From IMG/VR virus record IMGVR_UViG_3300044497_000088, positions 1 to 53,575 of that record: a DNA stretch of 53,575 bases. One strand, 5' to 3'. Both the position numbers and the translations under genes were made by a program. Positions 18,321 to 26,426 of the stretch are shown one piece after another. Under the pieces are notes generated by a model that was not told the DNA's origin, did not search any database, and saw only the letters and a program-made list of their open reading frames with translations. The stretch comes from a virus. Taxonomy: Duplodnaviria > Caudoviricetes. The stretch's first letter is position 1; every line of letters begins with the position of its first letter.

Positions 18321-18340
18321 AACATTTTGGAGAGACGGAC

Positions 18341-18601
18341 ATGGCGCAGTCACACATCGAGGTGCGGGTCGGAGGGGCGGTTTTCGGGTGCGAGACGGTC
18401 GCGGAGTTGCGACGGGCCCTCGACCTCGCCGAGCAGCTAGGAAAACGGGTCGTGGTCGCGAAGGCCGCGAAGCGCAGCAAGCGGCTGACCGCCGAGGCGG
18501 CGGACGGGCTGACCGAGGCTCAGCGGCTCGCGCGGAACGAGGCCAGCCGCAAGGCGAAGGCCGCCGCGCGGAAGGCGAGCAAGCGGAAGGGGTGCAAGTA
18601 A
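18341..18601 (+). CDS. Basic early hypothetical protein
   Basis: GGAG RBS; Lys/Arg-rich C-terminus. Confidence 0.65.
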   Translation: MAQSHIEVRVGGAVFGCETVAELRRALDLAEQLGKRVVVAKAAKRSKRLTAEAADGLTEAQRLARNEASRKAKAAARKASKRKGCK

Positions 18602-18604
18602 CTC

Positions 18605-18805
18605 ATGGGCAGCTACCGAGACGACGAGGACCTCTACATGGACCGGAAGAAGGAGACGTTGACGATCGAGGTCGAGGTCGACGAGAGCGTCGAAGGGCAA
18701 GCGGCCCTCGACGACATCTCAGCGGCCGTCCACGACTTCGTGAACGACGAGCTCAACGAGGATTTCGGCGAGTCGGCCGCGATCACGATCATCGAGAGCG
18801 AGTAG
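18605..18805 (+). CDS. Small, very acidic early protein (possible DNA mimic or host-protein inhibitor)
   Basis: 66 aa, strongly D/E-rich; stop abuts hammerhead 3. Confidence 0.6.
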   Translation: MGSYRDDEDLYMDRKKETLTIEVEVDESVEGQAALDDISAAVHDFVNDELNEDFGESAAITIIESE

Positions 18806-18875
18806 GCCGAAACGCGGGAGCACACCGTGAGGTGGAGACCCGCGTCCGCGACTAGACGGTCGCGCTGACGAGGCC
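18805..18875 (+). ncRNA. Type II hammerhead ribozyme 3 (predicted cut after C18846)
   Basis: GGCC-GAAA-CGCGGG[...CACC gtga GGTG...]CCCGCG-TC-CGCGAC[loop]GTCGCG-CTGACGA-GGCC. Confidence 0.92.
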
Positions 18876-18913
18876 AGCGAGCACTCACCACACGTAGAGA
18901 GAGAACCGAGACC

Positions 18914-19420
18914 ATGAAGACCATCCCCAACGCGACCGCGCCCGTGAAGGCCCCGCCGGCGAAGGCGGCCGGAGCCGGAGCCGCGAAGAAGGTCAAGAGC
19001 GGCGAGCGCGGACCGACCGTGTTCCACCCCGCGCTCGAGGCCAAGGCCGTCGACGGCGTCCTGAAGCCGACCAAGAAATTGCAGGCGTGGCCGGCAGACT
19101 ACAAGACCACGCAGCACAAGCCGCTGTCGTCGGCGCACTTCGAGGACCCGGCCGTGTACTACAACGGCAAGGCCGACCGCCTCCAGCGAGTGGTCGACAA
19201 GCTGCGGCAGGACGCGCTCCAGGCCAAGACGCTCGGCGGCGTCAAGGAGAAGGGCACCGCGAAGAAGATGCTCCAGCTCCAGAAGCGGCTCGACGACCTC
19301 AAGACGGAGCTGTCCGGCAAGGGCGTCGACGTCGAGGCCATGCTCAAGCTGCTCGCGGCCAAGCAGGTCGAGGCGGCCGCACCGGCGGCGAGCGCGCTGC
19401 CAGCCGCGTCGCAGGCGTAG
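18914..19420 (+). CDS. Lys/Ala-rich early protein with coiled coil
   Basis: Clean ORF with strongly biased codon usage. Confidence 0.7.
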   Translation: MKTIPNATAPVKAPPAKAAGAGAAKKVKSGERGPTVFHPALEAKAVDGVLKPTKKLQAWPADYKTTQHKPLSSAHFEDPAVYYNGKADRLQRVVDKLRQDALQAKTLGGVKEKGTAKKMLQLQKRLDDLKTELSGKGVDVEAMLKLLAAKQVEAAAPAASALPAASQA

Positions 19421-19470
19421 ACCCTCTGACGAGACGAGGTCGAAACCGCGGCGGGAGACCGCCGCGAGAG
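19421..19470 (+). ncRNA. Incomplete hammerhead core lacking a cis cleavage triplet
   Basis: CTGACGA-GAC[gag]GTC-GAAA-C-CGCGGCGG[gaga]CCGCCGCG, with no NUH or stem I partner after stem III. Confidence 0.5.
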
Positions 19471-19485
19471 CATGCCGAACGCCTA

Positions 19486-19539
19486 GGTCGAAACCGGGGA
19501 CGGCCCCGGTCTGGCGGTAGGTCCGCCACTGACGAGACC
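19486..19539 (+). ncRNA. Type II hammerhead ribozyme 4 (predicted cut after C19511)
   Basis: GGTC-GAAA-CCGGGG[acgg]CCCCGG-TC-TGGCGG[taggt]CCGCCA-CTGACGA-GACC. Confidence 0.92.
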
Positions 19540-19561
19540 ACATGGCACGAGGAGAACGACG

Positions 19562-19774
19562 ATGAAGATCAAGAGGACGCGGGTGCGCATCACGCTGGAG
19601 ACGAGGCGGCAGGCGGCCGACCTGGAGGTCGCGCTGACAGAGGCGGGCTTCGAGACGAACGACGACTGCGACGCGAGCGAGGTGATGATGGACCTCGACC
19701 CCACCGAGGGCAAGACGCCGGGCGACCAGCTCGCGGAATTGGCGCGCGCCCTCGACGAGGCCCGGGTGTCCTGA
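19562..19774 (+). CDS. Small acidic early protein
   Basis: GAGGAG RBS after hammerhead 4. Confidence 0.65.
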   Translation: MKIKRTRVRITLETRRQAADLEVALTEAGFETNDDCDASEVMMDLDPTEGKTPGDQLAELARALDEARVS

Positions 19775-19812
19775 TACCGGGGAGAGAGGCACGACCGTCC
19801 CAGCCCGTCTGA

Positions 19813-19873
19813 CGCGAAAATCCGCGCACGGGCCGATCGCCTGGCTCGCGTATGGGGCGAGCCGCGGTATAAT
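19813..19873 (+). promoter_or_regulatory. Promoter with upstream CGCGAAAATCCGCGC box
   Basis: TATAAT at 19868-19873; box and spacing shared with the leftward promoter. Confidence 0.6.
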
Positions 19874-19918
19874 GCACACGCGTGAACGATTGACACATGG
19901 CACATAGGGAGACGACGA

Positions 19919-20164
19919 ATGTATCTACAAGCAGATTGGACAAAGCGGTATCAATCCGCGAGAGCTGCGGAGAAAGACCTCAAAGGCCTCAAGTTGCCGT
20001 ACCCACAATTCGAGGGCTGGATCGAGACTGACACAGACACGCTGCTAGTCAGTCCTCATCAGACGGCGTACATCATCCAATGCTGGAACACCCCTGAGGC
20101 GCGGAAGACGATCGCCGCTTACCTTGGCTTGCCAGTCTATCGCCAGGAAGGCGGTGCCGTATGA
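19919..20164 (+). CDS. Hypothetical protein
   Basis: GGGAG RBS; first gene after the promoter. Confidence 0.6.
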   Translation: MYLQADWTKRYQSARAAEKDLKGLKLPYPQFEGWIETDTDTLLVSPHQTAYIIQCWNTPEARKTIAAYLGLPVYRQEGGAV

Positions 20165-20574
20165 CAGTGGGAGACAGGGCCGCGAAGCGCAGGGAGCTGC
20201 TCGCGGCGATCGAGGACTCGGTCCAACGGAAGCGCGCGATCGCCAGCGACGGCGAGAACCCGGAGCGGACGGCCGAGCGCGTCGCGCAGTACCGCGAGCA
20301 AGCGGCCCGGATGACGCGGCAGGCCGACGCCATGGAGGCCAACGCGGCCGACTGGCAGTCGCGCTACCGTCGCGAGGACGAGGAGACCACGCGGCTGCGC
20401 GCCGAGCTGGCCGCCCTCCAGAAGCAAGCGACGTTCGACGGGCTGTCCGCAGCTCTGGCCGCGTTCGCGCAGGCCTCGCCGGAGGAGCTGGACGCGCTCG
20501 TCGAGTCGCGGCCGGACCTCGCGCCGCTGGTCGCGGCCATGACTGCCAAGCAGGACGAGGGGAGGGCGGGATGA
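20161..20574 (+). CDS. Coiled-coil hypothetical protein
   Basis: ATGA-coupled at both ends. Confidence 0.6.
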   Translation: MTVGDRAAKRRELLAAIEDSVQRKRAIASDGENPERTAERVAQYREQAARMTRQADAMEANAADWQSRYRREDEETTRLRAELAALQKQATFDGLSAALAAFAQASPEELDALVESRPDLAPLVAAMTAKQDEGRAG

Positions 20575-20816
20575 CCGGTCGATACTCGCACCTCGTGCCG
20601 ACTCACGCCAGGGAGGCGGTCGAGACCTACAAGCTGGCTTGCGTCGCGATGGGCGAGTGGCCACATGACTACCCGCCAGAGCTCGGCGACAGCTTGCTCG
20701 CCCTGCACCAAAACGTGCTGATGGTCTGGCTGTTCGACAGCGACCGTGATCTCGATCACATGCGGTCGTTGATCGCCCCGGACGGCACAGTCCGCTGGCC
20801 GGAGAGGGGGGCGTAG
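20571..20816 (+). CDS. Hypothetical protein
   Basis: GGAGG RBS; ATGA overlap. Confidence 0.55.
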   Translation: MTGRYSHLVPTHAREAVETYKLACVAMGEWPHDYPPELGDSLLALHQNVLMVWLFDSDRDLDHMRSLIAPDGTVRWPERGA

Positions 20817-20818
20817 CC

Positions 20819-21676
20819 ATGAGCACACAGCACAGCGTGGCCCACCCGAGGACCGACGCGAGGCGGCGGAGGGCGTACGTCCTGCGGTCAGTGACCAGCG
20901 CGCCGACGCTCGGCCACCGGTACCTCAGCGAGAGGGCCGGGACCGTCTTCGGCTGCGTCGGCTCGCCGCACGACGCCCTGAACTGGCCGAGCCGGCTGGC
21001 AGCGAGGACGTGGGCCGAGACGGAGCTCGGCAAGGCCGGGCTGGCGGAGTGGGCCGTGATAGCCGTCGAGCTAGCCCCCGAGGCCGAGCGCGTCCCGACG
21101 TGGGACGAGGTGATGGCGGGCGCGCGAGTGCCGGACGCCCGAGAGGCATGCCGACTGGTGGCCGCGTCGCACGCGCATTACTGCGAGCTGGTGGAGGCCT
21201 GGCTCAAGCGAGCTGGCGTCTGCGCGGAAGTCATAAGCCCGCCGCGCTGCGCCGTGACGGCCAGCCCGAAGGGGTGGTGCGGGCTGTACTGCCCGTCGAC
21301 GCACACCTGCACGTATAGTCTCGTCCACGCCTGCCGGTATCTCGGCTCGGGCGGGGCGCGCGGCACCGACCGCGAGGACTTCAGGCTGACCTGCGCGCAC
21401 GAAGCGTGCCACGGGTACCAGCGGGCGCTGGCCGGGCCGGAGGCTCCGGGAGGCGCGCTCGGCCACGGCGGGGACTTCTACGCGCTGATGCGGTGGGGGG
21501 CGCTCGAGCCGGTGTCGAGGCACGCTTCGCTCTACCAGCCGGTGACTTGGGCTGAGCGGTCCGCCGCGCAACGCGAGGTCGAGCGGATGGCCACGGCGGG
21601 CGAGCTGGCCGGCCTGCCGTGCGGGGTGACTAGCGACGAGATAGCGGGCGGCGACCGAGAGGGGAGCGTCGAGTGA
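20819..21676 (+). CDS. SprT-like zinc metalloprotease domain protein
   Basis: HEACH (HExxH) followed by HGGDF, the SprT pattern. Confidence 0.7.
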   Translation: MSTQHSVAHPRTDARRRRAYVLRSVTSAPTLGHRYLSERAGTVFGCVGSPHDALNWPSRLAARTWAETELGKAGLAEWAVIAVELAPEAERVPTWDEVMAGARVPDAREACRLVAASHAHYCELVEAWLKRAGVCAEVISPPRCAVTASPKGWCGLYCPSTHTCTYSLVHACRYLGSGGARGTDREDFRLTCAHEACHGYQRALAGPEAPGGALGHGGDFYALMRWGALEPVSRHASLYQPVTWAERSAAQREVERMATAGELAGLPCGVTSDEIAGGDREGSVE

Positions 21677-22021
21677 CCATCAGGATATGGCCGGAGCCGT
21701 GGTCGCCGTCGGTCGCGCACCTCATTAGGGCGCGCGCGGTGGCGGGCGTTGGCGGCCAAGTCGGGGGAGAAGACGGTCAAGTTCTCGCACGGGCCGCACA
21801 GGGTGACGGTGACGCGATGACCACCAGCATACAGCAAGCGCTAGAAGCAAGAGCCGACCCATTGTTCGCGGCTTTCGCCGAATGGGGTGACGACAGCGGG
21901 ATAGACGTCGACGGTCACTACAATGACTGGTATCCACATTGGGTGGGAGTGCTTCTCCGCCGGAGCCGAAGCATATAAGGAATGGGCCAAGCGACAGTGT
22001 GACGAGGTGACCGATGACTAG
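21673..22021 (+). pseudogene. Two small genes, each with an apparent +1 frameshift
   Basis: Single-base removal near 21728-21741 and at GGG 21941-21943 restores coupled ORFs ending ...HRVTVTR* and ...WWECFSAGAEAY...DD*. Confidence 0.4.
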
Positions 22022-22226
22022 GGCTAGCATGGTGCGCGCCCTGCACAGGGCAGGGGTGCCGGTCGGCGGGACCGGCGTGGAGTACTGGCAGGACCATGAG
22101 GTGGCGGAGCTCTACTCCCGCGGCCTGACCGACGCGCAGAGGCGCGCGGCCGAGTTGGAGGAGGGGGAGCGCGAGCTGATGAGGACCGCGCTGGAGCTGG
22201 GACTACTCGACGGGAGAGAGCCATGA
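22014..22226 (+). CDS. Hypothetical protein
   Basis: GAGGT RBS; coupled. Confidence 0.55.
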   Translation: MTRASMVRALHRAGVPVGGTGVEYWQDHEVAELYSRGLTDAQRRAAELEEGERELMRTALELGLLDGREP

Positions 22227-22456
22227 CCGAGACTCTGGTGGTCAAGACGCTCGGCGAGACGCGGCTCAAGCTGCTGTCGCGGGCGATCAAGCGCGCGAGG
22301 GTGAGCGGCCAACAGGTGGAGTGCGCGCCCGGGCTGTGGACGCTCGCCACGAACATGGCCGGGACGACCGGCAGGCTCGCGTCGGTCGAGGTGACCGACG
22401 CAGCGTTCGACGAGACGGTGGAACGGCTCGAGAGGGCCGGCTGGAGGCTGTCGTGA
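22223..22456 (+). CDS. Hypothetical protein
   Basis: ATGA-coupled. Confidence 0.55.
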   Translation: MTETLVVKTLGETRLKLLSRAIKRARVSGQQVECAPGLWTLATNMAGTTGRLASVEVTDAAFDETVERLERAGWRLS

Positions 22457-22902
22457 CGCTGGAGCGCGACTGGACCAAGGTGGTGCGAGACGAGCTGACG
22501 GCCCGCGGGGCGCTCGTGGCCGTGATGGCGGCGAACCGGTACACCGTGCCGGGCTGGCCGGACAGGTGGGTCGGCCACCGCCTCTGGACGGGGTGGCTCG
22601 AACTCAAAACAGAGGACGGCGTGGTGTCGGCCCTCCAGGCGCAGAGGGTGCGGGATATACGCGCGCGACGGCCGGGGACGGCGTGGGTGCTGCGACTGCG
22701 CGGCGACCACTGGGTGTTGCAGGGGGCCGACGGCCTCGACCGCTGCGAGGTGCGTCCCTGCGGGGCGTGCCTGCTGCTGGCGCTCGCGGAGATGGAGCGG
22801 CTGGAGACTGGGGAGTCGCGCGACGACCGGGCCCGCGCGGCGATGAGGGCGCTGGCCGAGAGCGTGGCGGGGAGCGCGTGGAACTACCGGGTGGTGGGGT
22901 GA
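22453..22902 (+). CDS. VRR-NUC / PD-(D/E)xK nuclease (Holliday resolvase-like)
   Basis: PGWPD...WLELK...SALQ motif. Confidence 0.82.
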   Translation: MTLERDWTKVVRDELTARGALVAVMAANRYTVPGWPDRWVGHRLWTGWLELKTEDGVVSALQAQRVRDIRARRPGTAWVLRLRGDHWVLQGADGLDRCEVRPCGACLLLALAEMERLETGESRDDRARAAMRALAESVAGSAWNYRVVG

Positions 22903-22959
22903 GCCATGGGAGAGAACAAGACGAAATGCGCCCGCCGACCCGATGACAGGTGGCACGAT

Positions 22960-23280
22960 ATTCGTGAAAATACGCCTTCTAAAACTCGTGGATGACCTTT
23001 GACAACAACTATTCGACGAATGTCCCACGATGAATAAATGTCAAAAGAAAACGCTATACAGCTTAACCCGGGATTCTGGGCAACTCTTGAAGAGTTTCGC
23101 CAAGTGACGGCCCAAAATGACTGCTTTTTGGCATGCTTGACAAAGTCAATGATTATGCTATTAAATTAAGTGTACAAAAGTGTGTATATGTATGTATCGT
23201 ATGCCATCAAACCGTGCACCTGGTATTTTTTTTTGACATTTAATCACGGCGTGACATTAGGCGAATAGTTGTTGTGGAGG
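22960..23280. other. AT-rich non-coding island (candidate origin or regulatory region)
   Basis: Sharp GC drop; several TTGACA; TTGAC-AAA-GTCAA palindrome at 23137-23149; long T run. Confidence 0.5.
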
Positions 23281-23287
23281 CTAGAAC

Positions 23288-23791
23288 ATGAGGGCGCAGG
23301 AGACAATCGTCGGGAGTATCGAGTCCGGCTACGGGGAGTTGGAGGCCCAGCTGGGGGCCTTGGAAGCAGTCGCCGCGGAGTCAGGAGTCGGCGTGGAGAG
23401 GCGCTCGCACAGGGAGCGCGGGCCGTACGTCCGCGGGCCGTACTCGCGGAGGGACGCGCTCCTGCACGACGGCCGCGGCAGATGGTCGCGGTGGAAAACG
23501 AGAGAGCAGCGGGACCGCGAGCGTGACGCCGAGCTCGTCCGGAGGGCGGAGCGTGACGAGCGGTTGATGGAGCGTGACGGGGTCGTGTGCGCTGGTCGCA
23601 GCGGTCGGGCCAAGCCTGGCACAGCCCTGCCGCAGCGCGCGCAGCGGGCCGCGGCGAGGCTGGCGAGGCTGCCCCCGTCGAGGGTGTGCCCGCGCTGCGG
23701 CGTGGTCGTGGTCGCGTCGAGGAGGTGGGTCGTCCCGCCCGGGGGAGGGGTCGCGACGTGCCTGAGTTGTCACCGTAAACGAGGAGGATGA
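23288..23791 (+). CDS. Arg-rich protein with C-terminal Zn ribbon
   Basis: CPRC...CLSC; GGAGG RBS. Confidence 0.5.
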   Translation: MRAQETIVGSIESGYGELEAQLGALEAVAAESGVGVERRSHRERGPYVRGPYSRRDALLHDGRGRWSRWKTREQRDRERDAELVRRAERDERLMERDGVVCAGRSGRAKPGTALPQRAQRAAARLARLPPSRVCPRCGVVVVASRRWVVPPGGGVATCLSCHRKRGG

Positions 23792-23794
23792 AGG

Positions 23795-24010
23795 ATGCCT
23801 GACTACAGACCGTTGCCGCCGCGACTCGAGGGCGACTTGCCTGGGCGCGTTCGAGTGGCCGGGACCGACCGCGCTGGGAAGGTGGACCTGATATACTACG
23901 ACCGGCTCCACACCGGTGACAGCTACGACGAGCTGCAGGTGTCGATGGACGACGGCATGTGCGTCCGCGGCCGACTGGACTTGTTCGAGGAGGAGGTGCC
24001 GGATGCCTGA
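23795..24010 (+). CDS. Hypothetical protein
   Basis: GGAGG RBS. Confidence 0.5.
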   Translation: MPDYRPLPPRLEGDLPGRVRVAGTDRAGKVDLIYYDRLHTGDSYDELQVSMDDGMCVRGRLDLFEEEVPDA

Positions 24011-24608
24011 CGTGCTGCTGGTGGCCGAGAGGTCGAGGCCCGCGCCGGCGCAGTCGCCGGCGTGGCTGGACGACGCTCGCGACGACCCGTTCCGCTGGCT
24101 CGTGCAGAGTCGCGCGATGGGCGCGTTCCGTGGATCGCGAGCCGGCGTGCACCGCGGTAAGCTGGCGTCGGTCGGGCTGTGCCGCGACGTGGCGACGACC
24201 GTGACCGAGCCACAATATATCGGCGTCGACGGACTCAACCTCCTGCCGCCGGCCGACGGGCCGGGCGAGTGGGACGTTGAGCTAGCTGAGCGAGTTGCTG
24301 ACGAGTTGACGGTCAGGCTGTGGTGCGCGCACCAGTCGCACGAGGTCGAGTGCGCGCAGGACAAGCTAGACTGGGGCCGGGCCACGTGGCAGCGCGGGAC
24401 GTGGAGGTACCGCGCGGTCGTGCTGTGCGGGAGGCGGGTCGCCGCGGCGATGGGGCTGGCCGACCTGCCCTTCTGGGGATCGGACGGCGGGACGCTGCTC
24501 GTGCCTCACCCGTCGGGTCTGTCGCGCGAGTGGAACCACCTGGACGTGGCGTGGGCGAGGGGGAAGGTGTCGAGGTTCTTGAACGAGAGGGGGACACGAT
24601 GTGGGTGA
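24003..24608 (+). CDS. Uracil-DNA glycosylase superfamily-like protein
   Basis: VLLVAE, NLL, VVLCGRRVA and VPHPSG motifs in UDG order. Confidence 0.65.
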   Translation: MPDVLLVAERSRPAPAQSPAWLDDARDDPFRWLVQSRAMGAFRGSRAGVHRGKLASVGLCRDVATTVTEPQYIGVDGLNLLPPADGPGEWDVELAERVADELTVRLWCAHQSHEVECAQDKLDWGRATWQRGTWRYRAVVLCGRRVAAAMGLADLPFWGSDGGTLLVPHPSGLSREWNHLDVAWARGKVSRFLNERGTRCG

Positions 24609-24949
24609 CCGAGGCCATGTCCTGGCGGGACGTCGGGTGGTCGATGCTGTTGCTGGCCGCGCTGTGGCTCCACGCGTGCGGCCGCGCGTGGAGGCGGCGG
24701 TGCCTCGACACGGAGTGGCAACACGATCACGCCAGGCGCGAGCTCGACGCGGCGATGGTCGAGCTAGCGATCAACGGCGAGCGAGACCGCAGGCAGAGGT
24801 GGCTGATCGGCAGGGCCGTCCGCTTCGTCTGCCGGCGAGAGGTCTGGCGAGAGCCGGGTCTGAACGCCGCCGGACTCGCCGAATTATTGGGGTGCGAGCC
24901 AGAAGAGGCCGAGGAGTTTCTGAGGTTGTCCAGGGAGGATCACGAGTGA
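24599..24949 (+). CDS. Membrane-anchored hypothetical protein with C-terminal HTH-like segment
   Basis: Hydrophobic N-terminal helix; AAGLAELLGCEPEEA. Confidence 0.45.
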   Translation: MWVTEAMSWRDVGWSMLLLAALWLHACGRAWRRRCLDTEWQHDHARRELDAAMVELAINGERDRRQRWLIGRAVRFVCRREVWREPGLNAAGLAELLGCEPEEAEEFLRLSREDHE

Positions 24950-25035
24950 TCGTCGGTCGCATGGCGCGCGAAACCGCAGGACTTCCCCGGGGGTATCGCG
25001 CGCGACGCGCGCGCCCGCACGATAGGTGATACAGT

Positions 25036-25650
25036 ATGGCCAGGATAGGCGCCGACCCGACGGACCCGGAGCTCCTCGCCCTCGCTAACGAGTTCCTCTG
25101 CCAGGAGTGGTCGACCCTCCGGAAGATGTGCGAGATAAGCGCGCGCAAGTCACGCGGCCGGGACACGTGGGAGGAGGCCATGTCCGAGGTGGCCGTCCGC
25201 CTGCCGGGGTGGATGTGCGGCTGGGACCCGTCGCTCGGCCGCACGTTGAAGTCGTACACCATCAGCATGGCCCGGTGGTGGCTCTACAAGCAGTTCGTCT
25301 GGAAGCGGCGGGAGCGCGAGGCCGGCGTCCGGGAGGGGTCGACGAGCGGGGACGAGTCGATGGCCGACGCCGCCTCGAGGCGGTCGCACGCCTGGGCGTC
25401 GAGGGCCGCGGACGGCAGGCAGCGCGAGAGCGTGAGTGACGACAGCGCGGGACGGGAGGACGCCGACGAGGTACGATACGTACTGGGAGCGGTGAGCCAG
25501 GCGGACGCCGCGGTCCTCGAGTTGTACTTCCTCGGCGGCCTGACGTACACAGAAGTCGGTGAGGCACTCGGATGCACGCGCTCGATGGCGTTCAGACTGG
25601 TACACGACGCTCTCGAGGCCGCCCGGGAGTGCACGCGGACCCGCGGGTGA
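25036..25650 (+). CDS. Sigma70-family (ECF-like) factor, probable late transcription regulator
   Basis: WDPSLGRTLKSY (region 2) and GLTYTEVGEALGCT (region 4 HTH); precedes the late operon. Confidence 0.8.
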   Translation: MARIGADPTDPELLALANEFLCQEWSTLRKMCEISARKSRGRDTWEEAMSEVAVRLPGWMCGWDPSLGRTLKSYTISMARWWLYKQFVWKRREREAGVREGSTSGDESMADAASRRSHAWASRAADGRQRESVSDDSAGREDADEVRYVLGAVSQADAAVLELYFLGGLTYTEVGEALGCTRSMAFRLVHDALEAARECTRTRG

Positions 25651-25652
25651 GG

Positions 25653-26426
25653 ATGGAGGTGCACCTCAACGTCGGGAAGTACCACGCCAAGCCGGCGAAG
25701 GACGACCCGCGCAGGTGCGAGTGCAGGAAGAGGAGGCCGGGGCCGGACGGCGACAAGCGGTGTCAGAACTGGAAGAAGACCGGCCGCAAGTTCTGCGAGC
25801 ACCACGACACGATGTACCACGGCCAGAGGGGCCAGACGGCCCTTGGGCCGGTCGACAAGACGAATCGATCGCGGCAGAGGATGGTCGGGAGGTTGCCCAA
25901 GGTGTACAGCGAGCATCTGAGCAAGTCGCTGGCCGAGCGGGTCGACGGGGCCCGCTCCGTCGGGCTCGACCTCGGCGAGGAGCTCGCGCTCGTCCGCGTC
26001 TGCGCGCTCGACGCCGTGATGATGTACGACGCGGTCGAGATGGCCAGCAAGGTCGACGCCCGCGACGGGTCGCCGCTGCCGCTCGAGACGCAGCTCCAGT
26101 GCAGGGTGGCGGCCGGACAGATCGTGCGCGACGCCGCGGCGGAGGTCGCCTCCATGGCCGAGAAGGCCGCGAAGGTGGCCGAGTCCAGGCAGAACATGCT
26201 GAGCGGGACCGCGCTCGCCGCCGTGCTCGCCGACGTCATACACGCCGCGCACCGCACCTTCGGCGACGACCAGCCGGACAAGGTGCGCGAGTTCGCGCGG
26301 GCCATCCGGGACATACGCCCGCTCGGCGGGCACACGGGCACGACGATCACGCCGGACCAGGACGCGCTCGCCATGGACGCGACGGTGCCGGCCGGACCAC
26401 CACAACCAACGGAGACCCAGTCATGA
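25653..26426 (+). CDS. Putative terminase small subunit
   Basis: C...C...CEHH N-terminal motif resembling HGGxSTG-type TerS; LDLGEELALVR helix; first late gene. Confidence 0.55.
   Translation: MEVHLNVGKYHAKPAKDDPRRCECRKRRPGPDGDKRCQNWKKTGRKFCEHHDTMYHGQRGQTALGPVDKTNRSRQRMVGRLPKVYSEHLSKSLAERVDGARSVGLDLGEELALVRVCALDAVMMYDAVEMASKVDARDGSPLPLETQLQCRVAAGQIVRDAAAEVASMAEKAAKVAESRQNMLSGTALAAVLADVIHAAHRTFGDDQPDKVREFARAIRDIRPLGGHTGTTITPDQDALAMDATVPAGPPQPTETQS

Noticed and set aside
17875-19548. CRISPR array or integron attC array
   Set aside because: Spacers are whole genes, the repeats conserve the hammerhead core and structure rather than sequence, and no cas or integrase gene was seen
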